DNA of 64,000 nt from Patescibacteria group bacterium. GTDB taxonomy: Bacteria > Patescibacteriota > Patescibacteriia > XYB2-FULL-38-15. How positions within the stretch are numbered: the stretch's first letter is position 1; every line of letters begins with the position of its first letter. Positions 7,992 through 18,059 of this stretch are shown here, piece by piece. A program made the position numbers and the translations under genes. The notes beneath the pieces are model-generated. The model was not told where the DNA came from. It did not search any database and saw only the letters and a program-made list of their open reading frames with translations. Where the stretch lies: contig JBAZEY010000003.1 of NCBI GenBank assembly GCA_041653675.1, forward strand, positions 13,284 to 77,283, given 5' to 3'.

Positions 7992-10900
7992 ATGTTTAGT
8001 TCAGGAGGAGAAAAACCTAATATTAAATTACCATCCCAAAGCGGAACCAACTTAACTTTGTTGGTGTTTGCTTTGGGTATTTTGTCATTAGCAAGTATTG
8101 GAGTAATGACTCTTTCTGTTGTGAAACAACTTCGGCCGACAGCGTTCACGGCAATTAATAAACAGCTGAACTATCAAGGTAAATTACAAAACGCGGGAGG
8201 CATAACGCTCGCGGACGGAAATTACTCAATGAAGTTTTCCATTTACGACGATCCAACCGTCGGCTCGAGACTTTGGACAGAATGTGGCACAGTCGGTACG
8301 CCGACGGCTCGTACCGTCGCGGTTGCGAACGGGGTTTTCTCGGTGATGCTCGGAGATACAAATTCCAATTCTTGTCCCGGTGGAACGGATTCCAACGCCA
8401 TCACACTGGATTTTAATAGTGACAGTTATTATCTTGGTTTTACCGTGGAGTCCGATTCAGAAATGCTTCCGAGAAAACGATTGGGTGCTTCGGGTTACGC
8501 TTTCAACGCGGATTTATTAGACGGATTTAATACTTCAGCCGCCGGCGGTTCGGTCGCTTTCGTGCCGGTGACGGACGCAAGCGGACATTTAACTTTGACG
8601 CAAAATTTAATTTTGGGTGGAGTTTTAAAAAATGCAGACGGTACTGTCGGCGCGCCGAGCTATACCTTCACGAGCGACCTTGATACAGGACTTTATTATT
8701 CAGCGACACAAATAAATATTGGTGTCGGCGGAAGCACGGTGGCAAATGTAAGCGCTTCGGGTTTAGCCGTAGATACGGTCAAAACTTTAACCGCGACGAC
8801 TTTAACTTTAAAAGGCACGGTTGCCGACGGCGGAACAGCTGTTGGCGCGACGATTGGTTCCAACAGTACTCTTTCTACTACCGGCGCGAAACTTGCTTCC
8901 TTTGTAAACAACACTACTGAGAAAGCATATATAGATAAAGATGGTTATTGGAACGCCCCTAATGGTGCGGCTGGCACTCCTTCAATTACTTTTGCAAATG
9001 ATAAAGATAATGGATTTTTTTATTCTTCCGCTAATAATTGGCGGGCGGTTGCTAACGGAACTGCTATTTTAGAATTTGATGCAAGTGGCATTTATGTTGG
9101 TGGTTCAGGAAACATAGGGTCAGGTAATAATATTACTCTTACTCTTAAGAGTTTTCAGGTCGATGGTGCCGCAAATGTTGCAGTTGCTCAGGATACTTAT
9201 TATGCGTTTGTAACTGCTGGAGCTAAACTTTTTTCTTGGAAAAATCATCAAGTTGAAAAAGCATATGTTGATTATCTAGGCTCGTTCAACGCCGGAGCGG
9301 GGACAAATCTTTTACCAGCGTATTCGTTTGTTGGCGATCCAAATACTGGAATATATAATCCGAGTGCAGACCGTGTAGATTTAGTCGCAGGAGGAACCGT
9401 TCAACTCGCAATAACCTCTGGCACTATTTATTTTGATAATATGAGGGCTTTGAACTTGGTGAGTCTTGGATTAAGAGGGGCGATTGCCGACGGAGCAAGT
9501 GCGATCGGCACAAAAATGGGAAATGCTATAGCTCTTACCACTGCTGGAGCAAAGATTGTAAGTTTTTATAATGATGCTTGGGTAACTGAAAAAGCATATA
9601 TTGATAAAGACGGAAATTTTTATGGCCCCGGGGCAAATTTTTCCGGTCTCTCTGTCTCGTCGGCTGTTTATACCGACGCTTCAAAAAATTTAACTTCTAC
9701 AGCTCCGGCCACGGGCACGATTGGATATTGGTCCCGCGCCACGACAACTTTGTCTCCAGCTACAGCCAATGATATTGTCGCGGTCACCGGCAACTCCGGA
9801 GATCTTTTAACTTTAACTTCAACCGCAACCGGCGCTTCTAACAAAGCTTTAAGTATTGCCGCTTCCGGCGCAACAGTTGGCACAGATTACGGCGCATATA
9901 TTTCAAATACCGGCGCGGCCACAACAAATGTCGGTCTCTACACGACCGCCTCTGGCGCAACAAATAACTACGCTGCGATTTTTGACGCGGGGTATGTTGG
10001 TATTGGTAATACAACTCCAACAGCGTCTTTGACTTTAACTCAGGCTGCCGGCACGACTGGCACTCCCTCAGCTTTTATTATTACGGGGGGTGCTCACACC
10101 GGAATAACTGCGGCGACAGAAGATATTGGGGTGAATTTAAATTTTTCAGCGAATAAAACTTGGGCGGCCGGCGCCGGACCATTGGCCACTCAAAGGGAAG
10201 TCGTGGTTCAAGCCCCAACTTATATTGGTGATGTAGGCGGAGCATTGACCATGACTGATGCGGCGACATTCTATATCTCTGGTGCGCCTACGGCCGGGGC
10301 GAATATGACTATTAGTAATCCGTGGGCATTATGGATTGATGCCGGAAATGTTAGACTAGATGGAAATTTAAAAGTAGATTCACTTTCCGCTTCCTCCGCT
10401 GTTTATACTGACGCTTCCAAAAATTTAACTTCAACCCCGCCTGCTACGGGCGCGATCGGATATTGGTCTCGTACCGGCACGACTCTCTCTCCCGCGACGG
10501 CGAATGATGTGGTTAATGTCGATTCCAATACTGTGGGTGCAGCTATTAGTTCTACGGCGACGAATAGTGGCGCGGTTGCAAACTCTGGCGGTAATTTTTT
10601 GGCTGCCGGAACTAGCGGAGCAATGGGCGTTTATGGTGGCGCGAGCGGCGCTGGCACGGTTTACGGTGTTTATGGCCAAGCTTCTAATCCTGGGGCAGTA
10701 ACAAATTATGGTGTTTATGGAACGGCCGCCGGAGATACGGGCGTCGGTGTTTTTGGCTCTGCTACGGACACTGGCGCAGCTATAAACTACGGCGGTTACT
10801 TTACGGCCGCTGGAACGGGTGGCGCAGTTGGTATTTATAGTGAAGCGACTGGAACTGGCGGTGCGGCTGTTTCCGGTCTAGCTAGTGCTACTACCAGTGC

Positions 10901-13900
10901 TCTTAATTTTGGCGGATATTTTGAAGCAAGAGGTGACCATAGCTGGAGCTTCGGAGTTAAGGGATATCTTCCGAATAGTGTTGACGGTAAGGCAGTAGTC
11001 GGACATGCTGCGGAAACGACATCAACAAATTATGGCGGTTGGTTTCAATCAGATGGCGCAACGGGCATTGGAGTTTATGGTAAATCAACTTATACATCAA
11101 CGGCGACTGTTAATTATGGCGGTTGGTTTAGGGCAGACGGTCTGGCGGGTCGCGGCGTTTATGGCGAAACGACCACTGTGGGAGCAACCATTACTCACGG
11201 CGGCGATTTTTGGGCGGCGAGTACGGGGACAAGTACAAGTGGCGCGCGCGGCGTAGCAACTGGCGCTGGAACGGTTTATGGCGTTGAGGGTCTTGCTCAA
11301 AGTACCGGCGCGGTTACAAACTTCGGCGGCTATTTTACTGCTAGCGGTGAGACTGGCCGCGGCGTTTATGGCATGGCTGACAACACTGCCGTTGCGGCAA
11401 CCAACTATGGCGGTCACTTTACGGCCGCGGGTGCAGGTGCCAACACTACAGGCGTTTATGGTGAAGGCAGCAGCTCCGGCGCGGTTACAAATTATGGTGG
11501 TCGCTTTATCGCTGCAGGTGAAACAGGCATTGGCGCTTATGGCAATGCGACTTCAACTGGCGCGACAGTTAACTATGGCGGAAAATTTTATGCTGGAGGT
11601 TCGGGAGGAGCATACGGCGTCTATGGCGAAGCCAACAATGTTTCCGGAACAAACTATGGCGTCTATGGCAAGGTAACTTCTGGTTATGCTGTTTATGGTG
11701 ACCACGGAACAGTTTTTGGTTATTTGGCTGATAAAAATTATGGAGTTTATGGCCAATACAGCGCGACTCAGTTTGGCTATATAGGCGATTCAACTTATGG
11801 TGTTTATGCCCGTGGGACGATTGGCGTTTATGGAACAGACGGAACAAGATATGGACAATTGGGAACGGGAAGTAATGGTGTGTATGGTTATTATGACGCC
11901 ACGCATTATGGTTATATTGGCGGCGCAACCAATGGTGTGTATGGCACTGGCGGCACAGGCGAAGGCGTGCGCGGCGAAGCAACGACTGGTTATGGCGTTA
12001 TTGGTTTAGCTAGCGATACCGGCGCGGTCACAAATTATGGCGGATATTTTTCAGCGGCCGGCGATACTGGTCAAGGCGTTTATGGAACAGCTCCTGACGC
12101 TGGCGCGGTTATAAACTATGGCGGATATTTCTCTTCCGCCGGTACAGGCACCGGCGCGACCGGCGTCCTTGGCACAACTGCTGCCGCTGGTACGGTTTAT
12201 GGCGTTCAAGGAAAAGCGACGAACACGGGCGCTGTCACAAACTACGGCGGATATTTCTTGGCGTATGGCGACACGGGCCAAGGTATCTATGCCGGTGGCA
12301 TGGATACCGGCGCGGTCACAAATTATGGCGGTTATTTTGAAGCCGCTGGCACAACTGGCCGCGCGGTTTTTGGTGCGGCTCTGGCAACCGGAGCGTCAAC
12401 TGCGTATGGTGGATATTTTACATCGGCAAGTGATACTGGCCGCGGCGTTTATGGCGCAGCGACTGATACCGGCGCGGTTGTAAATTACGGCGGATATTTT
12501 TCTTCTGCCGGCACGGGCACTGGCGCAGCCGGCGTTTATGGCACAAGCGCTGCCACGGGAACGGTTTACGGAGTGCAAGGTTACGCTTCAAACACAGGCG
12601 CTTACGAAAATTATGGCGGTTATTTTGTCGCCAATGGCACAACTAGTCGCGGCGTTTATGGTCAGGCCAATACTTCTGGCGCGACTGTAAGTTACGGCGG
12701 TTATTTTTCATCTTCTAGTACTGGCGCAGGCACAGCTGGCGTTTACGGTATAGGCGCCGGCGCGGGTACGGTTTATGGCGTTACTGGTTTAGCTAGCAAT
12801 ACCGGCGCGGTTACAAATTATGGCGGCGTTTTTTCGGCCGCTGGCACAACTGGCCGCGCGGTGTATGGCGAAGCAAGTAGCTCGGGGGCGACAGCGAACT
12901 ATGGAGGTTACTTTACGGCAGCCGGAACAGGTGGCGCTCGAGGCGTCTTTGGTACTGCCAGCGGTGCGAGCGGCACCAATTACGGAATTTACGGCAGCGT
13001 AACTTCTGCAACAGGCTACGCAGGTTATTTCACCGGCGGTTACGGCGTCTACGCGAGTTTGGCGCATATTGCCGGAACCGGAGCGGGCGGAGAAGAGCTT
13101 GACGTGGAAGGACAAATCCAGTTTGATCTTGATGGTACAACCGATACATTAATTGGTGTTTGTAAAAGCGTGGCTGATGGGGCGGGCGTGGAAGCTGATG
13201 TAGAATTCCGTGATTGTACTTCAACGCCTTCCGATATTGCCGAATGGTATGATACAACTGGCACTGAGGCCGGGGATGTTGTTGCGGCAACCGACGACAC
13301 AGTTACTTTCCAAGGTGAAATGTATGATCCATTAACTGGCTTGCCGCTCGGCACACAAGAAACTATTACGGCAACAATTTTGACTCCCTCATCAGAGCCG
13401 TATCAAAAAACACTCCTTGGCGTAGTTTCTACAAACCCTTATGAATCTTTTGGTAAGGGCGTGATCGATGTTTCACATTTGCCAAATCCAATAGCTGTTG
13501 TTGGCCGTGTGCCAACTAAAGTTTCCACTGAAAACGGCGTCATCCGTCCGGGCGATCCGATTACTTCTTCATCAGTTACCGGCGTGGGCATGAAAGCAAC
13601 TAAACCAGGCATGATTATTGGTTACGCGGTTGATCACTATTCTGGCGCTGGCATTGGAACAGCTTTTGTTAACATTAATCCAGGCTGGCATTCTGGTTTT
13701 GCTATAAATACCGACGGAGTGATTTCTTTATTTGATGATGATTTTACTTTTAATACTTCCGGCATAGCTGATGGAATAATTCAGGGATATAATTCCAAAG
13801 GCTTGGCGTTCCGCGGATCTGGTTGGGACGGTGCCGCGGCGCAAAATATAGAAATGAAAATTGGTAACGTTGTTACGGACGCGTCAAATTATAAATTATC

Positions 13901-15230
13901 AGTTCTAAATAATGCGGGAACCGAAGTAGCTTATCTTGATCAGGCTGGAGCTCTTGGACTTTCTGGGAAATTTTATCCTGCCTCGCCGACTGGCGCGCAG
14001 ACCGACGCTTACATTTTTTATCGCAATAACCGCATTAGAACCAACGCCTCTGGGTGGGCGACCGGTTCATTTGATTTTGCGGAAATGTTTTTATCACGCG
14101 AATTATTAGAAGCCGGCGATGTTGTCATCTTGGATGAAACAACAAATGAGTATGTGAAAAAATCGACCGCGGCTTATGATAAGATGGCGCTCGGCATTGT
14201 TTCCACCGAACCAGGTTTTTTGGCCGGAACTAATGTTAATTTTGATGATCCTTCGGCAGATCAAGGTTATCCGATTGCTTTGGCTGGCCGTGTGCCGACA
14301 AAAGTTTCCGCGGAAAACGGACCAATCAGGCCTGGCGATTTTCTTACGACTTCAACTACTTCTGGCGCAGCCATGAAAGCTACGGAATCGGGCATAATCA
14401 TCGGCACGGCGCTTGAAAGTTTTGATGGCCCAGGAGTTGGTTTAATCAAAGTTTTTGTAAATCTTGCTTGGTACAACGTAACCGGAGACGTGACGCCGGT
14501 TAGTGAAATGTCACAGCTCACTCTTTCTGGTGATTTGAATATGAATGGTAATTACATTTTGAATGTTGGGAAAATTGTCGGACAAGATGAAAAATGGAGT
14601 ATTGATGAAAATGGAATTTTAAAAATTAAATTAATCGCGGAAGACGCGACAGAAAAAGAAATGTTTGGACTTTCTTCGGCCAAAGTGGAACTGACTTTGT
14701 CCGGAACCGACCGGCTGGAAAATGGGACCAAGATGATAGATCTCAGTTTAATTGATCCAGAATTTGTTAAAAATATTTCGGCCGAGACGCCGCTTAAAGT
14801 TGTGGTAACTTTAAACGAACAAGCTTATGGAGTCTACGTTGCTGAAAAAACTGCTTACAGTTTCCGCGTGGCGGAATTGAACGCCGGAACTTCCGACGCG
14901 GCTTTTGATTGGATTGTAATTGCGAGACGAAAAGGCTATGATGATCCGCCGCCGACCGAGGTTGCACCTCCAACCGAACCAGCTCCGGCTCCGAGTGAAC
15001 CGGCACCAGTAGAATCAACTCCGAGTGAGCCAGCGCCAAGCGAACCAGCACCGTCAGAGCCTGCACCTTCTGAACCAATTCCGACTGAACCAGCCCCCGC
15101 GCCAACCGAACCGGTACCAACTGAACCAGCCCCCGCCGAGCCGACTCCTGCGCCGACTGAACCAGCTCCAAGTGAACCCGCACCGGCGCCAACAGAACCT
15201 GCTCCAAGCGAACCGGCTCCGGCAATATAA
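7992..15230 (+). CDS. Giant (2412 aa) N-terminally anchored surface fiber-like protein
   Basis: N-terminal TM anchor (LTLLVFALGILSLASIGVMTL). A conserved domain (LNYQGKL...YYLGFTVESDSEMLPRKRLGASGYAFNADLLDG) is shared with 15415..17829. Two repeats of about 230 aa (SSAVYTDASKNLTST...GYVGIGNTTPTASLTL, tail-fibre-like motif). About 35 repeats of 20 aa (NYGGYF(T/S)AAGxTGxGVYG). A C-terminal module occurs twice (D(I/F)AE(W/M)...GDVV...LG(V/I)VST(N/E)P...AGRVPTKVSxENGxIRPGDxxTTS...AMKAT). Pro-rich PAPSE/PAPTE tail. Confidence 0.8.
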   Translation: MFSSGGEKPNIKLPSQSGTNLTLLVFALGILSLASIGVMTLSVVKQLRPTAFTAINKQLNYQGKLQNAGGITLADGNYSMKFSIYDDPTVGSRLWTECGTVGTPTARTVAVANGVFSVMLGDTNSNSCPGGTDSNAITLDFNSDSYYLGFTVESDSEMLPRKRLGASGYAFNADLLDGFNTSAAGGSVAFVPVTDASGHLTLTQNLILGGVLKNADGTVGAPSYTFTSDLDTGLYYSATQINIGVGGSTVANVSASGLAVDTVKTLTATTLTLKGTVADGGTAVGATIGSNSTLSTTGAKLASFVNNTTEKAYIDKDGYWNAPNGAAGTPSITFANDKDNGFFYSSANNWRAVANGTAILEFDASGIYVGGSGNIGSGNNITLTLKSFQVDGAANVAVAQDTYYAFVTAGAKLFSWKNHQVEKAYVDYLGSFNAGAGTNLLPAYSFVGDPNTGIYNPSADRVDLVAGGTVQLAITSGTIYFDNMRALNLVSLGLRGAIADGASAIGTKMGNAIALTTAGAKIVSFYNDAWVTEKAYIDKDGNFYGPGANFSGLSVSSAVYTDASKNLTSTAPATGTIGYWSRATTTLSPATANDIVAVTGNSGDLLTLTSTATGASNKALSIAASGATVGTDYGAYISNTGAATTNVGLYTTASGATNNYAAIFDAGYVGIGNTTPTASLTLTQAAGTTGTPSAFIITGGAHTGITAATEDIGVNLNFSANKTWAAGAGPLATQREVVVQAPTYIGDVGGALTMTDAATFYISGAPTAGANMTISNPWALWIDAGNVRLDGNLKVDSLSASSAVYTDASKNLTSTPPATGAIGYWSRTGTTLSPATANDVVNVDSNTVGAAISSTATNSGAVANSGGNFLAAGTSGAMGVYGGASGAGTVYGVYGQASNPGAVTNYGVYGTAAGDTGVGVFGSATDTGAAINYGGYFTAAGTGGAVGIYSEATGTGGAAVSGLASATTSALNFGGYFEARGDHSWSFGVKGYLPNSVDGKAVVGHAAETTSTNYGGWFQSDGATGIGVYGKSTYTSTATVNYGGWFRADGLAGRGVYGETTTVGATITHGGDFWAASTGTSTSGARGVATGAGTVYGVEGLAQSTGAVTNFGGYFTASGETGRGVYGMADNTAVAATNYGGHFTAAGAGANTTGVYGEGSSSGAVTNYGGRFIAAGETGIGAYGNATSTGATVNYGGKFYAGGSGGAYGVYGEANNVSGTNYGVYGKVTSGYAVYGDHGTVFGYLADKNYGVYGQYSATQFGYIGDSTYGVYARGTIGVYGTDGTRYGQLGTGSNGVYGYYDATHYGYIGGATNGVYGTGGTGEGVRGEATTGYGVIGLASDTGAVTNYGGYFSAAGDTGQGVYGTAPDAGAVINYGGYFSSAGTGTGATGVLGTTAAAGTVYGVQGKATNTGAVTNYGGYFLAYGDTGQGIYAGGMDTGAVTNYGGYFEAAGTTGRAVFGAALATGASTAYGGYFTSASDTGRGVYGAATDTGAVVNYGGYFSSAGTGTGAAGVYGTSAATGTVYGVQGYASNTGAYENYGGYFVANGTTSRGVYGQANTSGATVSYGGYFSSSSTGAGTAGVYGIGAGAGTVYGVTGLASNTGAVTNYGGVFSAAGTTGRAVYGEASSSGATANYGGYFTAAGTGGARGVFGTASGASGTNYGIYGSVTSATGYAGYFTGGYGVYASLAHIAGTGAGGEELDVEGQIQFDLDGTTDTLIGVCKSVADGAGVEADVEFRDCTSTPSDIAEWYDTTGTEAGDVVAATDDTVTFQGEMYDPLTGLPLGTQETITATILTPSSEPYQKTLLGVVSTNPYESFGKGVIDVSHLPNPIAVVGRVPTKVSTENGVIRPGDPITSSSVTGVGMKATKPGMIIGYAVDHYSGAGIGTAFVNINPGWHSGFAINTDGVISLFDDDFTFNTSGIADGIIQGYNSKGLAFRGSGWDGAAAQNIEMKIGNVVTDASNYKLSVLNNAGTEVAYLDQAGALGLSGKFYPASPTGAQTDAYIFYRNNRIRTNASGWATGSFDFAEMFLSRELLEAGDVVILDETTNEYVKKSTAAYDKMALGIVSTEPGFLAGTNVNFDDPSADQGYPIALAGRVPTKVSAENGPIRPGDFLTTSTTSGAAMKATESGIIIGTALESFDGPGVGLIKVFVNLAWYNVTGDVTPVSEMSQLTLSGDLNMNGNYILNVGKIVGQDEKWSIDENGILKIKLIAEDATEKEMFGLSSAKVELTLSGTDRLENGTKMIDLSLIDPEFVKNISAETPLKVVVTLNEQAYGVYVAEKTAYSFRVAELNAGTSDAAFDWIVIARRKGYDDPPPTEVAPPTEPAPAPSEPAPVESTPSEPAPSEPAPSEPAPSEPIPTEPAPAPTEPVPTEPAPAEPTPAPTEPAPSEPAPAPTEPAPSEPAPAI
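10590..13060 (+). repeat. About 35 tandem copies of a 60-nt / 20-aa Gly-Tyr repeat (NYGGYFxAAGxxGxGVYG) inside the giant gene
   Basis: Highly periodic nucleotide and protein repeat. It generates many spurious antisense ORFs in the six-frame track. Confidence 0.85.
14944..15227 (+). repeat. Pro-rich PAPSE/PAPTE low-complexity tandem repeat encoding the C-terminal tail
   Basis: gaaccagc(a/t)cc(g/a)(a/t)(g/c)(c/t)ga-type repeats encoding APSEPAPSEPAPTEPAPAP. Confidence 0.8.
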
Positions 15231-15282
15231 AAAGAATTGTAAGCGAGTTGTGCCTTCGGGTACGGGCCATAACTCGTATATA

Positions 15283-15316
15283 AGAGCAGCTCCCCACCGC
15301 AAGGTGAGGAGTTGTT
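15283..15316 (+). terminator. Rho-independent terminator after the giant gene
   Basis: Hairpin agctccccacc gcaa ggtgaggag followed by ttgttgtatt. Confidence 0.5.
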
Positions 15317-15401
15317 GTATTATGTTAGATAAAGGGGATCTCGGAAAAATTTAAAATTATATAGTGATACAAACTTGACTAAAGAATTTTTGAGTATTTT
15401 G

Positions 15402-15410
15402 TGGTATAAT
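15402..15410 (+). promoter_or_regulatory. Extended -10 element (TGgTATAAT) for the paralogous surface-protein gene
   Basis: tggtataat sits 4 nt before the track's GTG start at 15415. That start is therefore improbable, and the ATG at 15439 is more likely. Confidence 0.4.
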
Positions 15411-15438
15411 AAATGTGGATAATTTATTTAGTAATCTT

Positions 15439-17829
15439 CATATGTTTGATTACAAAGAAAAAAAGATTTCTCGGCAGCCAAAACGCAGAAAAACAAAATT
15501 GCGCCCTCTGGTTTTAATTTTAGGGATTTTTGCCGTGGCAAGTCTTGGTATTATTGCTATTGCCTTGTTGAAAAATTGGAGTTTTCCAGCTTCCGCAGCG
15601 CCAGGAATTTATAAGGTTTTAAATTACCAGGGAAAATTAGAAGATTCAGGCGGAGTTACGGTAGCTGATGGTGCATACAATATTAAATTTACAATTTACG
15701 ACGCAGCCGCGGCAGGAAATGTCCTTTGGTCTGCCCGAGAATCGGATGCTTGCGGCGCGGCTTTTAATCCTGCGGTAAAATCAGTCACAACTTCGCTTGG
15801 CGTATTCTCTACCCAACTTGGTGAGTCGGGTGATTGTCCGTTGAATTTAGATTTTAATAGTGATTCATATTATCTCGGCATAACCATTGGCGCTGATTCA
15901 GAAATGACTCCGAGAAAACGTATTGGCGCGGCCGGTTACGCTTTTAATGCGGATTTATTGGATGGTTTAACCACCTCTCTGGTCGGCGGCGCCTCTTCTT
16001 TTGTTCCCGCAACTGACGCTTCAGGAAATTTAGTTTTAACCGCCAATGTTACTTTTGACACACCCACTTTTTTTCTTGATTCTACTAATGATAATATTGG
16101 TATTGGTACCATTACACCAACCGCGACTCGTACCCTGGATTTAACGACGGCGAAAAAATATGGCATTTATGCCTCCTCAAGCGCGGCCATAAACCACATG
16201 GCGGTAATTTATGCCGAGGCAACGGACACAACAAACGTTGATCAGATGGGCGGATATTTTTCTTCAGCGAGTCCGAGCGGGAAGGGCGTTTATGGGGCAG
16301 CGGTTACAACGGGAAATCCGCTTGTCGCGAACCAGGGAGGATATTTTACCGCGGCTGGTGATTCGGGGCAGGGTGTTTATGGCGAAGGTTCAGCCTCTGG
16401 CGCTGTGACAAATTACGGGGGATATTTTGTGACACAAGGCGATACAGGATATGCAATTAGGGGCTTGGCTATGGCTACGGGTGGCGTAAACTATGGCGGA
16501 TATTTTAGAGCAAATGGTCCGGGCGGCTATGGAGTTTATGGCTACGCGGCGGATGCAAGTGCAGTGGCAAACTACGGCGGATATTTTACGGCAGCGGGTA
16601 CAGGCGCGGGAACAAGCGGTGTTTACGGTTTGGCATCGGGGGCTGGGGCAGTTTATGGTGTTAGAGGAGAAGTTTCAAACGCAACCGCAGTAACAAACTA
16701 TGGTGGATATTTTACCGCGGCTGGCAGTGGAGCTCTCGCGAGCGGTGTTTACGGAGAGGCTACTGCCGCCGGTTCAGTTATAGGTGTTAGGGGTTATGCG
16801 TCAGACCTTACTGCCGGAATTACAAATTATGGCGGATATTTTTCAGCTCAAGGCGGTACAGCCCGTGCCGTTTTTGGTGATGCCACCAATAATGGAGCAG
16901 AAATAAACTATGGAGGATATTTTACAGCGAGAGGAAGTGCTGTTGGCACCTCTGGAGTTTATGGGGAGGCGAGCGCGTCGGCTGCAGTCTACGGCGTTTA
17001 CGGAAAAGCTACTGACACTGGCGCGGTCGCGAATTATGGCGGATATTTTACTGCGGCTGGCGAGGACGGCGCTGCAGTTTATGGCGCAGCTACATCTGCG
17101 GCTGGCACGGCGAACAATGTAGGCGGATATTTTACGGCGGCGGGAGGTGGCGCAGATGCTTACGGCGTTTACGCTACTGTTACTGGGGGCGGCAACAACT
17201 TTGGTATTTATGCAAGTACGATATCAGCTACTGGCTGGGCTGGGTTTTTTAACGGTGGCAGGGGAATTTACGCTCTTCGTTTTTCAATTAATGACGGCAT
17301 CACCGTGGTTGATTATAATACCATTGGTCCGGCCCTTGCAGGTCACGTTGCGGCAGGAGAAATTACCGATCAGAACGATCTTTTCATTAATGGTAACTTG
17401 GAAGTTGACGGTGCCGTTTGGCTTGATGGTGGGCATACTGATTTGGCAGAAATGGTGGCGTATAGCGGAGAGGGTGAAGCCGGCGATGTTGTTGTGGTTG
17501 ATGAAAATAACGATAACTCGGCAAAGATTGCGGCCAAACCTTATGACCAAAGTATTCTTGGTATAATTTCTACCAAGCCGACATTGGTCATCACGGGTGA
17601 TATCACGGAAGGAAAATTAATGGCCGTAGCCGGCCGCGTCCCAACCAAGGTGACAAATATAAATGGAGCAATTCATCGTGGTGACCCGCTCACAACTTCT
17701 TCTTTGCCCGGTTACGCCATGAAGGCAACTGAAGCAGGGCCGATTGTTGGAAAATCTTTAGGTGAATGTGACCAACAAGAATGCGTCATTTGGGTTTTCT
17801 TAAATGTCAGTTGGTACGGAGGAATATAA
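15439..17829 (+). CDS. Paralogous anchored surface fiber-like protein (about 800 aa)
   Basis: N-terminal TM (LVLILGIFAVASLGIIAIALL). The same post-TM conserved domain (LNYQGKLEDSGG...YYLGITIGADSEMTPRKRIGAAGYAFNADLLDG), the NIGIGTITPTATRTLDL motif, about 15 NYGGYFTAAG repeats, and the shared C-terminal module (DLAEMV...LGIISTKP...AGRVPTKVTNINGAIHRGDPLTTS...AMKAT). Confidence 0.75.
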   Translation, partial: HMFDYKEKKISRQPKRRKTKLRPLVLILGIFAVASLGIIAIALLKNWSFPASAAPGIYKVLNYQGKLEDSGGVTVADGAYNIKFTIYDAAAAGNVLWSARESDACGAAFNPAVKSVTTSLGVFSTQLGESGDCPLNLDFNSDSYYLGITIGADSEMTPRKRIGAAGYAFNADLLDGLTTSLVGGASSFVPATDASGNLVLTANVTFDTPTFFLDSTNDNIGIGTITPTATRTLDLTTAKKYGIYASSSAAINHMAVIYAEATDTTNVDQMGGYFSSASPSGKGVYGAAVTTGNPLVANQGGYFTAAGDSGQGVYGEGSASGAVTNYGGYFVTQGDTGYAIRGLAMATGGVNYGGYFRANGPGGYGVYGYAADASAVANYGGYFTAAGTGAGTSGVYGLASGAGAVYGVRGEVSNATAVTNYGGYFTAAGSGALASGVYGEATAAGSVIGVRGYASDLTAGITNYGGYFSAQGGTARAVFGDATNNGAEINYGGYFTARGSAVGTSGVYGEASASAAVYGVYGKATDTGAVANYGGYFTAAGEDGAAVYGAATSAAGTANNVGGYFTAAGGGADAYGVYATVTGGGNNFGIYASTISATGWAGFFNGGRGIYALRFSINDGITVVDYNTIGPALAGHVAAGEITDQNDLFINGNLEVDGAVWLDGGHTDLAEMVAYSGEGEAGDVVVVDENNDNSAKIAAKPYDQSILGIISTKPTLVITGDITEGKLMAVAGRVPTKVTNINGAIHRGDPLTTSSLPGYAMKATEAGPIVGKSLGECDQQECVIWVFLNVSWYGGI
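16240..17260 (+). repeat. NYGGYF 20-aa tandem repeat region of the paralog
   Basis: Same period and consensus as 10590-13060. Confidence 0.8.
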
Positions 17830-17850
17830 AATTAAAAAATATTTTAGTAA

Positions 17851-17888
17851 AACTCCTCATCTTTTGGTGGGGAGTTTTTGTTTTTTGG
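17851..17888 (+). terminator. Rho-independent terminator
   Basis: aactcctcatcttttggtggggagtt followed by tttgtttttt. Confidence 0.55.
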
Positions 17889-17900
17889 TGTTTGACAAGG

Positions 17901-17929
17901 TTGACAAAATGTTAAAAATATGCTATTAT
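17901..17929 (+). promoter_or_regulatory. Sigma70-like promoter (TTGACA-17-TATTAT) upstream of the GC-rich lipoprotein gene
   Basis: ttgaca aaatgttaaaaatatgc tattat. An AT-rich host-type promoter that abuts the GC-rich gene. Confidence 0.5.
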
Positions 17930-18059
17930 TAATTGTAAAATTAGAGATGGAGATTAAGTGAAATTTGCTTTAAAATAAAGGATAAAGCCAATTTCAGGTG
18001 ACCTTCAACTTTTGGAGAACAACCGTTCCGCGAGAGGGCGGAACAAGGAGGATTTAGTG

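Noticed and set aside
7992-8160. Type IV pilin-like N-terminus on the giant protein
   Set aside because: There is a hydrophobic segment, but no G-(F/M)-T-L-x-E prepilin peptidase motif. It is treated as a simple signal-anchor.
9668-13354. Numerous 60-140 aa ORFs on both strands inside the giant gene (e.g. 11569..11982 -, 11097..11417 -, 12118..12483 +)
   Set aside because: They lie within the periodic Gly/Tyr repeat region. Their composition is an out-of-frame or antisense readout of the repeats (Arg/His/Gln-rich or Ala/Ser-rich). None has an RBS.
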